This document shows, piece by piece, positions 40,622 through 55,066 of a DNA stretch of 64,000 nucleotides. The DNA comes from Ptychomitrium polyphyllum (lineage: Eukaryota), in NCBI GenBank assembly GCA_973851085.1, contig OZ316775.1, positions 12,462,001 to 12,526,000 on the forward strand, given 5' to 3'. Position 1 is the first letter of the stretch; each line of letters starts with the position of its first letter. The notes beneath the pieces are model-generated. The model did not search any database and had not been told where the DNA came from. It saw nothing but the letters and a program-made list of their open reading frames with translations. A program made the position numbers and the translations under genes.

Positions 40622-43013
40622 TTACATCTCTATCCCTAGCTTTGAGACGGAATCAAAAGAGCAAAGAGGTGCCCATGGAGTGGAAGCCTGGACATCATTC
40701 TGCAATTGTGACTCCAGAGGCAAGATACCTGACTCAAAACAATCAAAGTGCTCCAAACTTAATGTTGCCGCTGCATGGTCTAAAAGCTGCATTTGTGAGT
40801 CCATGCTATGATCATAATCCCAGCCCCAAGTTGACCCAGGTAAAAAATGGAAATTTTCAGCTGCAGGATTATGCAAAGGACTGTGTAAAGGGAATCTCTC
40901 TAAAGAGCACAATACATTAAATGGTTGTTCAGAATATAGAACACTCTCCTCTGACTCAGGACACAGCTGCTCCAATCCCACTAACCGTTTGCCAACAGAC
41001 GATGATGTGGAGCTGTCAGGTGGCGGAGCTGGGCAGGGCAGGACTCCTTCCCCTTGAGAGATGCAGCTGCTGTCAAACTCCGAAGAGCTGGACCTGCTGC
41101 CGTAGCCCGTGGAGGAGGATGTCTCAGGGCTTGAGACTAGGCGCTTGTGATCTGCTTGCAGTAAAGGGTTATTTGTTTTCACCCTCTGAGCTGATGAACC
41201 ATGGGTCGTGGTGTTGTGATGATTTGAGAATGAGGGTGAAGACACCGTGGGGCGCTTGAGCTGAATGGAGTGATCTTCCAGTTGGTCAGACTTGTTAGGC
41301 ACGAGAGTGAGGCCCACTTTGTAGTTGAAGGGGTCGACGCCCATGCTTCTCAGCTTGCGTTTTAAGTGCGTGTTCCAATAATTCTTTATCTCGTTGTCAG
41401 TGCGACCAGGAATGCGCGCGGCTATCAATGACCACCTGCAAAAGAAGATTTCACTAGAATTTTACAATATATTGCAGTTTCTTGACTAATTAGTGTTAAC
41501 TCTTTAATCCATCACCCATGATGTCCCGAGAAACAGCTATTTCGGTTACTAAATACTCGGCAGTGTATATAGCCTGTGATATATCCTAACTCCATTCTTT
41601 CTGTTCCCTTTCTAAACTTTGGATATGAATCGACCTCACTGACAATATTACCCAGAAAATTAGCGCTCACATATTGTGTACGGTAGAGGACTGCATAGAA
41701 CACGATGTTCGTAAAATTGGCCAACCCCAGTTGTTTTGACAGCTCAAAGTAGTGTGAATGAGGAAACTTAACGTTGTGAAAGTAACAGGGAATGGCCAAC
41801 TCAATGAATATAGCAATGAAGCTTAATCCTGATTTTAAGAGTTTAAACGTTAGCCAATGATCTTTGAGGGCCTCGCACAACTGTTTCTCCAGGAATGCAA
41901 ATCCAGTTCACAGGAATCCCAGGTATTGAGTTGTTATCGAAATCCAAATAGTGCAATACGATTTGGTCCTCTACAGCATTAATCACTTTGTAAGTTCTTA
42001 AATGTATGAGGAGCAATACTTGTTTCCGAGGAGAGCGTGGAGGGTGAGGATGAGATTGTCCTCATCGTAGGAGAAGTTTCCCCGCTTCAAGTCTGGACGT
42101 AAGTAATTGATCCACCGCAGCCTGCAGCTCTTCCCACATCGAGACAGCCCTACATGCAAAATTATTACCCAGTTCAATTATATCAGTATCGACATCACCA
42201 CTTCATCAATACAATTAAATGCACACTGCATTTATTACCATCTCACGATTTACATGTTTTGAAATACTATTCACAGCTGATTTAAACTTAAAACATGTAC
42301 ATGGCGATGAGAAAGGCAGAGTTCAGCTAGCTCGCCAGTTGCAACTATAAATCAATACTGATCTCTCCCTCTCTCTTGACCCTGGTCCCTCACCTAGTCA
42401 GTCAAGTAAAAGTACTACTTTATCAGGTTAATTTTACCACCAAAAGACTGAAGTGTACTTTCATGTACAAGCTCCGTTACTAGCTCCTAGTTGACATCGT
42501 TACCAGTACTGCATATTCAATGAAGATGTTGCTGTATAGGCACTTCAAGAATCACATTTCAATTTAAAAATTACAAAATTGTTATCAACGAATCAATCAA
42601 ATCGCCAACGATGTTCAAGCAGATGCACATTCAATTAACATCGGGAGCACTATGGTGATCCCTTCATCAACCTGTACAGCATAATCTCTTACGAAGCTCT
42701 ATTCAAGTCCGGCTGCAAGTGGACAGGATCACAATCGCTTCAATCTCGTAGAAAATGAGGCGGAGAAAGACAGACTGAGGGGATTAAAGCAACCGAAGTC
42801 CTTCTGGGTAAAATGTCATATTTGAAAACAGCATCTTGATACAGTACCTGCAAGTTTAGGAATGAGACGCCAGTTGCCTTCGCCGCGCGCTTTGATGTAA
42901 GCAGACAGAATGTCGTCCTCGGCCTCCGTCCATGGCCCCTTGTTGATCACCCCCACCGCCGCCCCTCCACCTCCCCCGGTTCCTTTTCTCAAGCATGCTG
43001 GTGACCTCCTCAT
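40622..43013 (-). CDS. R2R3-MYB transcription factor (GIDP-like motif, subgroup 4/5-related); 3 exons
   Basis: Exons 43013-42848, 42149-42020 (canonical 130 nt) and 41435-40622 give KGPWTEAED...GEGNW...[27 protein letters not shown]...[38 protein letters not shown]. Confidence 0.96.
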
Positions 43014-46000
43014 CTCTCCGCTCTCTCTACAAAGCTACTGCAACATGACTACTACACAATGGCACTTACCCCCACCCACAGTACTATCACTGTCGGTACA
43101 GACTTCCCAGCTTAAACTTCATTCAAAAAAGCATAAGATTCGTTGCATCCTTCGATACAGACTCTCCAGCTGAGTACACTTCATTCACAAAGACTAAGAT
43201 TCGTTGCCTCCAAGCTAACAAACAATGCTTCAAGCACCATGCTGCATTCATGTCTCTATATCGGAACCTATACTAGTTCTATGGATAGCAGCCCTAGTCA
43301 TCTAGACAAGATCAAGAAGTTGCACCAGATCCTCGCTCTTCTGCATCGCCAAAAGTGTATGGGAAGCACACCCATTCATATCCAAGTTCTAATCCGGCTG
43401 ACTTACACGTCAACGGCGCCTCTAGCTTCGACAGGCTCACCAGAGAAGATTAATACAAAACATCTTAATCATAGTCTCCTAAGGTGAACTGCAGCTTGAA
43501 GTGCGTAAAAATCGTTACTCACAGAATCAATACGTGACTTGAACTCATTCTGTCAGAATGATGGCGTAAGGTGCCTACACTTAGTGACATAGGAAGGATT
43601 TCTGTGACATTGGCAGATTTCTGTTCAATTTCCAAATCCACCTGGCTTTTCTGAGTATACCGCTCTCTCAAAGTACAATCATGACACTCACGCGTGCTCG
43701 CTGCGTCCGAGTCCGACGGTGGAATCGAGCCTCCAAAGCGGCGCCAGATCATCTGGCCTGCCAGGCAGCGAGCAAGCTGTTCCACATCCTAGCTTTTCAT
43801 CTTCCTCTCGCCTACAAAGTACTGGCACATCACCCTAGAGGTGAAGGCTCGGTTCTGCACCAGTTTCGAGACCTGGGCAAAGAGAGCCGATCCAACATAG
43901 CTTGCAAAATCATCTTAGAAGGCACCAGATCTACTTTGTCACCACTTGCTCCAATGCGGCAGCTTTTGATAACAATTCAGTGGTAGTACAAATTGAGTGG
44001 TTCCTGTGCTAGCACTGAGATACCAATTTTGCAAGTTGACCTCGTCGGCATATTACCATTGCTGACAAGATTGTTTACTTTATTTTTGGACCATTTTTAT
44101 GATGCTTCACACAAGAAGACGCTGGCAGGATTCACCGGTACGCCCTACATCAAGGCAGCTGACGCCATTTCAGAGGCAATAGTGGCGTCACCAGTGGAAG
44201 GCACCCACACCATGTGCTCTGCCCCAGGCAGGTCTTTTACTTTTCTTCTAGCCACTGGCTCTGCAGAGATCTCTCCGTTTACAGCTTTGCTCTTCAGCAG
44301 CTTTTGAGACGATGCCTGAGAATAGATACCGACAATGAGGTACTTACAGTGCGTTCCGTAAGGCCATTTGCATCCACTTCTTCATGGGTCATGAATCATC
44401 ACCATTCAGGACTTGGAGGAGTAACCCAACTCATGGCAACCCCTCGCCAATGAGGGTGGTAAATGTTAAGAAAGAATAACTCAAACAGAAGAGGTAATAA
44501 CTCAAAAATAACCAGTAACTTTATTCCTCTGTAGATCAATTCAACTGGGCCGCTGAACTGGGCGGATGAGCTTACTTATCGATTGTTCTGGTTTGGACAA
44601 GGGTGATGATATATATTCCCATTTTCACCTAGGAGAAAGAAAAATGGTATTGAAATATCTTTCTAGAACTTTGCTATATGGTAATGACTTGGTAAATTGA
44701 CACCTTTGAAGCGATCCATGCAAACGTCTAGACACGTTGTGGCTGAGGTGGTCGAGGTTTTGATGTACCTCAGGAGTCAAGTAACGCGCAGTTTCAAAAG
44801 TAGTGCATAGTTTACACTAATCAATCACGACAGTTTACATGGAGAAGAAAATATGCCGGGGAGTGAAGTTTCCGCGTTGCATCGCAGTCTAGGGTGAACG
44901 TTGGTGATAGATCAGGGGGTATTGTTATACTGGAAACTGATCCAGTTCCCAACAATCCTCAAAGCAGATAAAGCCTCTTGAAACCCAGAGTCTAGGTGCA
45001 ATTGTAGAGTGATCAGCTCAATACGTAAGTATTCTCGAATTGCTCCAAAGTACATCGCACATGGTTCTGTAGGACTTCTATCCGGTAAAGATAACATACA
45101 AATACTGAACTCCGTGTTGTGCAACAATGTGTGGACCTGGAGGGTTCATGGACATCGTCTGCAACGTAACGTTCAGTACCACCGGTGGACCTCACCTTCC
45201 CCAGCAGGCTATCATAAGTATGGAATGTGGTTCTGCAGCAGAGGAAGCAGGGAATGAACAGAGCTCAACCCCTTCAATGCGACCTTCGAGGGTCACTATT
45301 GCCTTTTCCTAAAGAATATTATGAGCTGTTCTGTGCACTAAGTGTGCACTAAGTCTTTGCCTATGGTGGCCCTGGTATGTTTCGCCACTAGAGTAATATT
45401 TTGTAACAGCTTCCACTATTGCTAATACATTGTAAGATAAGCATACAATTTACATTTTCAGTTGTAATACATATGCATTACTTGTTATTTTTAATTGTTT
45501 TTATTATCTCAAGTACGTAAAGATAAAGAGTATGTAATAGTTATTGTATTATGTTTTGGAACACAATAAATAAATTTCATCTTTCAATTACTACAAGTAC
45601 AATCATAAGTACACTCATAAATAGGATATTTGTATTTTCAATTATGATAGAACTTGGCTTTTCAATTTTCTTAAGGACATAGATTTAATTTTATCCAATT
45701 ACTTCAAGATTCAAGTATTAAATACAAAAACTAAAATATTATTGAATTTCTGAAGGTAAATGATTTTAAATTTATTATATTAAGATTTAAACCATCCTTG
45801 AAAATTTGACCACATTAATAATATCCAAAAAAATTTATTTTCAACTTTTCTTTTTTAAGATAAAAATTTCAACAAAAGTAGGGAAGTTACAATTGTTGCC
45901 AAAAATTTTAATAGCTCCTATTGCATTGCTCAACCTTCACTTGTATGGTGCTCAAATTCTTCATCATTTCTTTCAATTGTAGCTAAGCATTTTTGCATTT

Positions 46001-48113
46001 TGTCAAATTATTCTTCACCATTGCTATATCATTCTTTAAAATTGTATGGTGGAATTTAATATCCTTTAGAGCCTTTATTAAGCTACCTTAGCATATGTAA
46101 ATTAGTCATTAATGGTATTTTTAACTACTTTCTTCTTAATCATATTATTAAATGTTTTTTTGATGTTCATTACTTGATAAAGCATAGCAATTGCATGGTA
46201 CTTGCAACTCCTTTTATATACAAAAGTCCTTTTTAAACAAACATCTTTTTCAACTATTCACATTAAAAGCTAAGCTTGTCAATGTTCCTTCAAATCGATT
46301 CATGGTTGTTTCTACTATATCTTCTTTTTTCAATGTATAATTGGATGGCTAAGTCTTTTCTTTGTAATCCTAAACATCTCCATCTTTATAATAAGTATTA
46401 CTAAAATTATTGACTTTAATTGGTTCTAAATTTCTCTTGTAATTTATTTATGAGGGAGGCTTTGGAACACCTTCACATCTATTCTACATTAACATACCAT
46501 ATCTATCCTAATTCAACCTTTCTTTTTGAAACCTTTTAAAACAGATAATATTGAACAAAATATTAAGGTTGAAAGAATTGAGTTGAAATACATAGTAGAG
46601 GAATTTGTAGTAGGCTATAATATTAAGACCTTCTTTAGAAATGATATTTGAAGTTGAATTGGTAACTATCCAACTTCCACCAAAATACAAAAACATAAGT
46701 CCACTTTGTCTCAACATGCTCTCTCACAATGTCATTACAAATCTCACAATTTTGGCAACATTTTTTTAGCATTTACACCTTCTTTCTTTAGATGGGTTGT
46801 TATTACTAACAACTCTTTAATATTCCAAATGCACAATCTAACAACAATACAACCTCACACTTATATTCACATCAAAATTAGTACATGCACAAACAATGAA
46901 GAATTGCAATCTCACCAAAAAGAATTGTTAAGAAGTTGGCCTGGACAAAAACAAACAAGAAAAGGTCACACTTCCATCTCCATTACAACCTCAATAGTGA
47001 ATCCTACATTGCACACAACCAATAAACTTGCAATATTGTTGAAGAAAACAAATGGAAAGAAGAGAAGGAACCTAAGGAAAATAGGCCGTTTTATCCTCCC
47101 AAGCACTCTGTGAAAGTGCATGCAAATATAGCGCAAGCTTGTAGCTACATTCACAAGTCTTGTTTAGGATTAGGACCTTTGAAGAGTCTGTACGACCATA
47201 GCAAATTTATTGGAAACAACTGAATTTGACGATAATGCAAAGCTGCTGTAGCCTGCTGTCCTCTATATGGACGCATTTCTATGACATGCACGATTTCAGG
47301 ATTGCAACAGCCACAGCGGACAGCCTGTGCTATCAGCTACTTGTGGAATGACAAATTCATAACATTTACCATATCATCATAGAACAAGGTTAAACTGACT
47401 CAAGAAACAGATACAGATCATCCATATAAGAAGACTTCTTGCCGTTCTAGGACCTCCCTGAAAGCTTCAACATGCTGGCTTGCATACATGATAGACTTTT
47501 CAGTATTATCAGAAAGGAGATCATAGATGTCCAAATACCTAGCAGACGTAAACTTCTTGAAATCGACTAAAAACTCTGTTGGCAAACTGAGCTCCTGAAT
47601 CTAAATCTGTAAAGGATTCAAACACACGAATGAGACTTATTCTATACTCTAGTCCTCAAGGCTCATGCCCCTAAACAACAGAAGCAGCAGCTAATAGTCG
47701 ACTAATTACATTAAAAAACCGAGAAACTTCATAAAACAAAACGTTCCTCTCAATGCCTGGCTTCAGAGAACAAGCCGCAAGACATGCAACCAACCGTGTC
47801 TAAAACCAGCTGGATATCCACCACCCAAGTATGCAGGTGCAATTCAAGCCAAAGGCACCTGCTCGTTTTCTTTCTGCATTATCTGATACAAATCACGAGT
47901 CCTCAGATCTCTTCGATATTCCAACAGCATCTCTTTCCCAATCTACTACCAATCTGTGATCAAGAATACTGTACAAATCCATGTGTAGAACCCGCCGTTC
48001 ATAGAAACTACACCATGCTTGGCAACGTGAGAACCCTCACTAAATTTGGGCCAATTCCATCCTCTCCAACATTTCTCACATCAAATTTAGAAACCACGTC
48101 ATAATTCCTGATT

Positions 48114-49640
48114 TTACTTGGCCTTAGCTTTAGTTCCGAGATCGCCAGATTTTTTATCACTAAGAAGACCTTCACTTGGCAGATCGAAAATTGATTCCTG
48201 ATTTTTAGCACTAGATGCACCCGAACTGCCCAAACGATCCTTCGGTGAGGCTCGAGAGCTAGTCCTTTTTTGCAATTCTTCAAACAACTGTGAGCGTATG
48301 GAATCTTCTTCCTGTGTCGATCCACTTGGGGGCTTAGAAGAAAGCTTCTTTTCTCCCCAAGTGGACTGATCCATTTCTGCCTTCATGTCCTCGATGGTTT
48401 TCTTCAGTGACCTGCTGTCCAAGTGTAAACTCTGGAGTTGGTTCCGCATGTAACAACATGTAGATGCGATCAGACCCAGTTGAGAACCATCGTCAACGGT
48501 ATTCTCAAAGTATCTCCTTCCATAGATCAGAGGCCCTTTGTCAGGAGGAAAGGTACTACTCTGGACCTTCCTGCAAGGATCTACAGTGCTGACACTAATT
48601 TTATCAAACACAAGCACTGGCAGTTTATAACCGTGAAAGCTGCCACCCCCTTCATCATCTGCTCTAGAAGGCATTCGCATCCCCCATTGAACACGTCCCA
48701 TTGCCTGCCTGCCCAGCGGAATCGCACTATGCACAGTCAGACCCCAACTGCGGTGAACCTGACCTGACCAGCTTTGAAGCAGTCTATTTCTTCTCGTCTC
48801 AGGCCGATCTGCCCCGCCACTAAGAGTTGCAACCCTATCCACTGTCCCGACCGTATCGGTTGCAGCAGCTCTATCCGTGTCCCCCAAAGAGCGTTGCGAC
48901 ACAAGATCGATGCCCCCAGCGCCGTCAATTCCTGGCATTCCCGACATCTCCAACTCACCAGACCCATCCCCAACATGATGCAATTCAATGTTACTGCCAG
49001 GGCTACCAGGATCACAAGACATGTAGCACTTCTTCTCTCTAACCTTCAACCCGGAGACCTGACCTAATCCTAAAGGACTAAGCCCACATTCAAAATCAGT
49101 GTCATACACAAGCCCATCACCCTGTATTTGGCCACCAGGAGGTCGGCTCATCGCTTCACCTGGTCTCTCCGCCGCAGCAACCTCAACTTCCTCCTGAACA
49201 GCCATGTCGTCCTGCCTCCCTACATGGCTAGAGCTCCGCACCCCAACACCATAATCCCTCCCGAAACTTCCATTAGTACTCAAAAAATGCTTCCGAAAGC
49301 TGAAACTGCCAACCCTAGGCTTCAAACGGAGCATGAACGACACATTCTCCCGGCGTGCCAAGTTGAACTCCGCCGAAATTGTGAAAGGCGCAGCATGAGG
49401 GGACCCCCATAACCCGAACCCTGTTTTCAGCAGCACAGCCAGAGGCGATTGTAAGTCATTCGGTCTATAGGAGAGAGTACATGCGGGCCCCGCCTCCATG
49501 TTGGTGCCCACATGTAGCGCCAGTTCTTTCTCATCGCCCACGCTGATGCCGGAGTAGAATGGCAGCCCGCCCACTTGCACCGGCACCTTGGCCCGCACCA
49601 GCGGCCGCTGCCCCTCTCTCACTTTCACCGATGCCTTCAT
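48114..49640 (-). CDS. OEP40-like plastid outer envelope pore protein (single coding exon)
   Basis: MKASVKVREGQRPLVRAKVPVQVGGLPFYSGISVGDEKELAL...GP...SYRPND...KTGFGLWGSP...SAEFNL...FMLRLKPRVGSFS, plus C-terminal LPVLVFDKI and a coiled coil. This matches the family recalled as Arabidopsis At3g57990/OEP40. A 5' UTR intron probably extends to ~50288. Confidence 0.8.
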   Translation of the reverse strand: MKASVKVREGQRPLVRAKVPVQVGGLPFYSGISVGDEKELALHVGTNMEAGPACTLSYRPNDLQSPLAVLLKTGFGLWGSPHAAPFTISAEFNLARRENVSFMLRLKPRVGSFSFRKHFLSTNGSFGRDYGVGVRSSSHVGRQDDMAVQEEVEVAAAERPGEAMSRPPGGQIQGDGLVYDTDFECGLSPLGLGQVSGLKVREKKCYMSCDPGSPGSNIELHHVGDGSGELEMSGMPGIDGAGGIDLVSQRSLGDTDRAAATDTVGTVDRVATLSGGADRPETRRNRLLQSWSGQVHRSWGLTVHSAIPLGRQAMGRVQWGMRMPSRADDEGGGSFHGYKLPVLVFDKISVSTVDPCRKVQSSTFPPDKGPLIYGRRYFENTVDDGSQLGLIASTCCYMRNQLQSLHLDSRSLKKTIEDMKAEMDQSTWGEKKLSSKPPSGSTQEEDSIRSQLFEELQKRTSSRASPKDRLGSSGASSAKNQESIFDLPSEGLLSDKKSGDLGTKAKAK

Positions 49641-51366
49641 CACATCCTCTCTCTTCGAAAATTCCAAGCAAACTCAAGTCCTACCCACACGCCTACCTGG
49701 GTCTCCGCTACATGAAACTAATGCCCTTTGGACTCCTTCACCATCATCCCCTGCACAAATACCGTTACCATAAAAAAACCAATACCAGAACCGCAGCCAC
49801 GATAGCATCTTGCCTCGTAATACAAACACACTGCCAAGCCTATGTAACAAATTTAACTCAGCAACCATCCAAGCATTTAATATCCTTAAAAAAGCTAATG
49901 ATTGCAACGCATGCCTGATATGGTTTCATTACAAGCAAGAACCGGAGAGAAATTATCAAATTCGACGATGACGATTAGGGTTTTCATGAGGTAACTGCAT
50001 AAGTTACTCAGAGGAGCAAGGCATAGACAGAAATAACCAGAATACCACACTGTACAAGAGAGCAGTGCGATATATATGACGAAATTCTATGCATCAGACA
50101 TTAAACATATCAACGTGGGTATCAAACGTCCTAAACTACTTCGGCAAAATCCTGTAACGCGCACAACATAGAAATCAATCAATCATCATCGACAAATTTA
50201 TATAATCTCTTATACAGTAACAAAGCCTGCTATTCCCAAACTAAACACCATCAATCACCAGAAACCCTAATTGTTCAAAAGACCTCACCAGACGGGCACT
50301 AGGCACTCTCTGACCCTTCCCTCACGCAACCCAACTCTCCGCAACCATGGTAACGATCTCAGTATACCTATGTGCATTGGAGAAAGGGTCCAAGACGAAA
50401 CTACGCACTCCACCTAGAGCGCAAAAGCTCCACCGCAAGGGTACAGCGCCGGTACTCTAACAGAGGAAGGCCAACCAGTGGAGTGGCGTCCGTGTTGGTA
50501 GAAAAGTCTGTGTCGATGGCAATTAGGCAGGAGCAACGGAGGAAATGGAGGAAAGAGAAAGCAACGGAGGCATTCTCTTCGGAGACTGTCCATTCTTCTC
50601 CGTCCGGTGGTCAGGACTGCGCGTTCCGCGGCCGGTGGATTTGTTTCCTGGACGGGGCGGTGGCAACCGGTGGAACGATTGGGAACAGGAGACTGGTGTC
50701 ACTAGATACTCGGGGACGTGATATTCGATGGTGGCGTGAGTTTGCACTGATGGTTTTTCTTCTTTTCTTCGGTTTTTTAGTTCTTGATATTTGATACTTC
50801 TATTGAGTCAAGTTGCATAAGGTGTGATTGATTGTAGAGCAGCAAAGCACTTTCATGTAACAGTTGTGGAACTGTACGCATGTGAAAGTGTAGGTATGGA
50901 GGAAGATTAAACCTGTATATAGGACATGGTGGAAAGAGTCCAATCCAAGTGCTACAAGTTGTACTGTACAATAGAGCACTTATGGGTCTTCTGGGTTAGG
51001 AGATTATTGCTACAACTTTTGAAGGTAAAGAGTCGATGCCACCTTTGGTCAATAATACCACATTAGTTTATAACTATATAAAGTTTGGAGTAACACCTTG
51101 TTAGTGGCTCTGCGTCATTGCATATGTCGGATTTATGAGTTTTAAAGGAGAGTTTCACAGCCATGCCCACGGACACAGGATCAGATTATTGATTTCCACT
51201 CAACATACCAAATTTCTACATTCACAACCTCAACATCGATTCACAGCTTAAAGTACAGTGAGCTGGTTTGCCACTAAGGACGCAAATTAGATTACTGTAC
51301 CAAAATTGGTGAGTACAGAAGTTCAAAGTGAAGCAACAATGACGACACTTCTGTTGAATGTAAGAA

Positions 51367-52854
51367 TTACAGCCTTTCAGCTATTGGCCACTGCCCGTCA
51401 TTCAACGTTCTATTCTCTCTCAAAATGCTACTCCTATCAGAAACTAAACTGTTTCCTACACTATCAGTGTTAGAGGATAAACACATTGTATCACGCGGCG
51501 ACATTCCTGGCTGGATAGAGAGCGAAGATTGGAAAGAGCTTTCTTTCCTCGGAAAATGCATGCCATCGCCTTTGAGACGGGCTCGAGTTGGGAGTAGTAT
51601 CCATAGCCACCAGCAACGACCTCCAACATCCATCACATTGCGCAGGTTTCGCAATGGTCCAACATCATAAACATTCGACCAAGTCTGTAAAAAGTCCAAC
51701 CAAAGTGTGAGCAAGTTGATTACACAAACAAATGCGCACATAATAAAGATATGCGTAACGTGGGTCAAACTACTCGAAGCATAAACATTTGATACATTAT
51801 AAAAAAGCAGAATCGTGGCATATGAAAAGTGGAGGTACAGTCAGAGGACCATGTCGCTTCAATTCTCCTTTAAAAAATATCCAATTTGACTGAATGCATG
51901 ACAGCAAGAATCGCATTCATTTATGTTCGTTCGACCATAGCCTAATTATCTCGATTGTCCTGAACAATGATGGGTATAATCAAGGTCTAAAAAATTAACA
52001 TTTTTGGCAAAGTTGAGACAGTGGATACGAAAATGTAAAACTCTCAAATTTGCATGTAATGGTACCTCTCCTTTAGCACGTGCCTCCCGCTTCCGTTGCC
52101 GATTCCCATAAAAGTCTATGGTTGTCTGTTCACAATAGGAAGACTTAATAGAGATAGAGATGAAGTCCATAAAGCAAGACATCACTGTAGCTACTCAAGC
52201 GTAATACAGATGTTTGATACATACTGGCAAAAGCAGAAAAGCAAAGCTTTCAAGAAAAGAGCCACGGTCACCTGAGCAGTCAAGACCAGATAGATATGCC
52301 AACCAAGAAGAAATGTGAGTGAGATTAAGACTGCCACTGAGAGTATGAATGAAAATATCACGCCCACACCATCGTCATCATTGTCCTGAATTTGCACACG
52401 TTCAGATGAGTAAGAAACAAGGGCATACAAGCATTCAACAGATGCAAGTGCTCAGTCACCGGACATTTGGTATTACTAACTAAGAATGAAGATTCACTAG
52501 TGAAAGTTGACCACTTAGTTCTTCAATCTTAACTCCGTATTTCAATGAGCTATAGCAAGAAAATATACTGCTTCATTTCATGCAGTCTATCAAAGCTGCA
52601 AGAAATGTGCAAGTTCATGGCTACATACCTCGTCGTCAGGACCAAACATAGGAATGGAAGCCATCATTGCTGCGTAAAGACAACCTATCCACATATAGAG
52701 CACTAATATGACCAGAATTTGTAGTTAGTACATTTATTATATTCACATTGGTCGACACATCTGACCGCATGAAATAGAGCTCACTACCAAGCTCGCTTAC
52801 AGAAAAGGATCATTGAATTCCACAAATTATTAAAAATCTAGAGACTGCGACACG

Positions 52855-52901
<47 letters not shown>

Positions 52902-55066
52902 ACGTGAAATTCAATATGCACACATTAGAGCCCCTGCAGATATTTAGTGTTAAAGTACTTACAAAAAATAAAGAAGAAACGGTAGTTATAATATCCTATG
53001 CAGTTGTGCATCCATGCTGATCATATCATCAAGGTCCTGCCCAAAAATTATACCCAGGTGGACCATTTTCTACTGATGCAAACAGGTTTAATTACAAGAC
53101 AAGCATTCCATTTTCTACGCATCAAGTGAATCACTTCCTACAATGCAGCATATATTTAGAAACGGCTTTATAGGCTCTGCTTTAGAAAAGGAACCAACAA
53201 TTCAATTAACTCGAACTCAAGAAATTTCCTCAGAAAACACGCCTAGAATAGCTACCTGAAAATTACATGGAAAAAAGTAACAGTGAATTTTAGAAGCAAT
53301 AACTCAAAACGTACACCCCAACCCAGAATTAACAAGATAAAGCAAACAATAGGCACTATGCAGCTTTTCAATTTTCAAGTTGCAGGACTAAAAAATCTCA
53401 TGAAGCGGAGTGTGATGACTAGGATACGGCAATGATGGTCCATCTTGAGGATACACCTGCAAAAAAGGTGAAGCAAACATACTTAAGAAAGATCGCATTG
53501 GCTTGATTATCGAGGTTAAATTGTTACGTCAGCTTCTGATTATTATGCCTGCTGAGATTTAATCAATATTATTACAAACTCAAGAAGAAGCACACAGATT
53601 ACATGTAACTCAGATTATTTCATGGTCATCAAAACTACGACTTATGAGACATCTCTTATAGCAGAGATAATCCAAAACCAGGATTAAGGGTATAATTCGA
53701 CAATATGAGTTTCACCTTTTACAGATATGGCAATGGTGAGTCATTGAAGGCTTCGGTTTGCGGCCTGTTTCAGAACATGGATATAACATCGTAAGACGCA
53801 CCTCCAAACAAAATTCTCACTCATGGCCATTGTCAGGAAGTTACTAAAAGTGCAAAATAGGTCTCAAATGAAGCAATTTCACAGTAGCTCACAGCCAGAA
53901 TTTTTCGAGAAACACGGCCCTGTAACTGCTAAATCCAACATCAAATTCTCATTGTCCTTGTGATATGAGGGTGAAATAAGATCCTAGCTTTACAGTTCAA
54001 ATTAGCCCGTTCAAACAACATGAAACGACACAAACTTTCTAAACCTAGACTTAATCATAACAAGGCGAAAGTGTTAAGACTGCTCACATCGTTTGCACCA
54101 TCTGGTAGAAGTGTGACCTAGATCTTCAAACTCCACATCAAATCTAGACATGGGCTTCGCCTCCATCACTGTATCCTAAGAAAATAGGAATCTCGCGTAT
54201 CAGTGCCTTCCCACTAGCAATGACAATAAGTACCAAGAACTGCAAAGGTAAAGCGTGGCGTGCTGCGGAGGTGGGAGGGAATTGAGGACGCACAGAAAGA
54301 GCTGGGGAATTGCCAGGATCGGTGTAGATGCAACATATGTAGTTGAAAAAGACGTTGAACGCTAACCATCCAGCTATCAAGAGGTGGACCATTCCTTGCC
54401 AAGAAGAGAGACCATGAATTGCAGGAAGTACCGATACCAAGAACAGATAGATGACAGAACTGCCCAAAACAATTGAGATGGTCATTAGCATCAATTTAGG
54501 TTCGGAGTTGTCTCATGCAGGAAACCAATACTCACAAAACTTGAGAGGTAGTATAAAGACACAAGTATCGCTACTACTAAAACCCGCTTATCTTGATCAC
54601 AAGAACCCGAAACTAAGTTATGCACTCCCTCCTTAGAAAGCAAGAAAGGTAATGGAATGTACAAGCATATAATGCCCTCGACAAAGGCCACTAGACAAGA
54701 ATTGTAAGCTGACCAAGAAAATTCAAACGCATAAAAATAAGGTCATTTTATGAACAAACTAAAGAAATGTTATTGCAAATTAGTGCACCGGTAAAATTCA
54801 GATATTATGCATCGGTTTCGTCACAAATGGGATGCAGGATGACAATCAAACTGGACTAGAAAAAGTTACCTGATAAGAGAGAAGGCAAGTACAATGTACA
54901 GTGGCCCTGCAACCTGGACCGAGTAGTCTAGGCAAATATGGAATTTCGCAACGAAAGTATTCCATCTGCAATCGGTAAGATGACCACAAAAACAGAAGAT
55001 TTATCAGAAACGTGAAATGTGGCAGTGGATGTAACTGAACCATATTCGGTACCTCTGCCAAGACAT
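51367..55066 (-). CDS. DHHC-type protein S-acyltransferase (ZDHHC16-like)
   Basis: Spliced product MSWQR|WNTFVAKFHICLDYSVQVAGPLYIVLAFSLIS|SVIYLF...NYICCIYTDPGNSP...RWCKRCRKPKPSMTHHCHICKRCILKMDHHCPWMHNCIGYYNYRFFFIFLLYMW...GWHIYLVLTAQ|TTIDFY...NVYDVGPLRNL...WILLP...GDGMHFP. It contains DPG, DHHC-CRD, a TTxE-like motif and PaCCT-like motifs. Confidence 0.93.
52858..52897. repeat. (AT)20 microsatellite in DHHC intron
   Basis: Directly visible. Confidence 0.95.

Noticed and set aside
46150..46260. Possible SWIM/MULE transposase remnant (SCKYHAIAML on minus strand)
   Set aside because: Too short and degenerate to support without a search.
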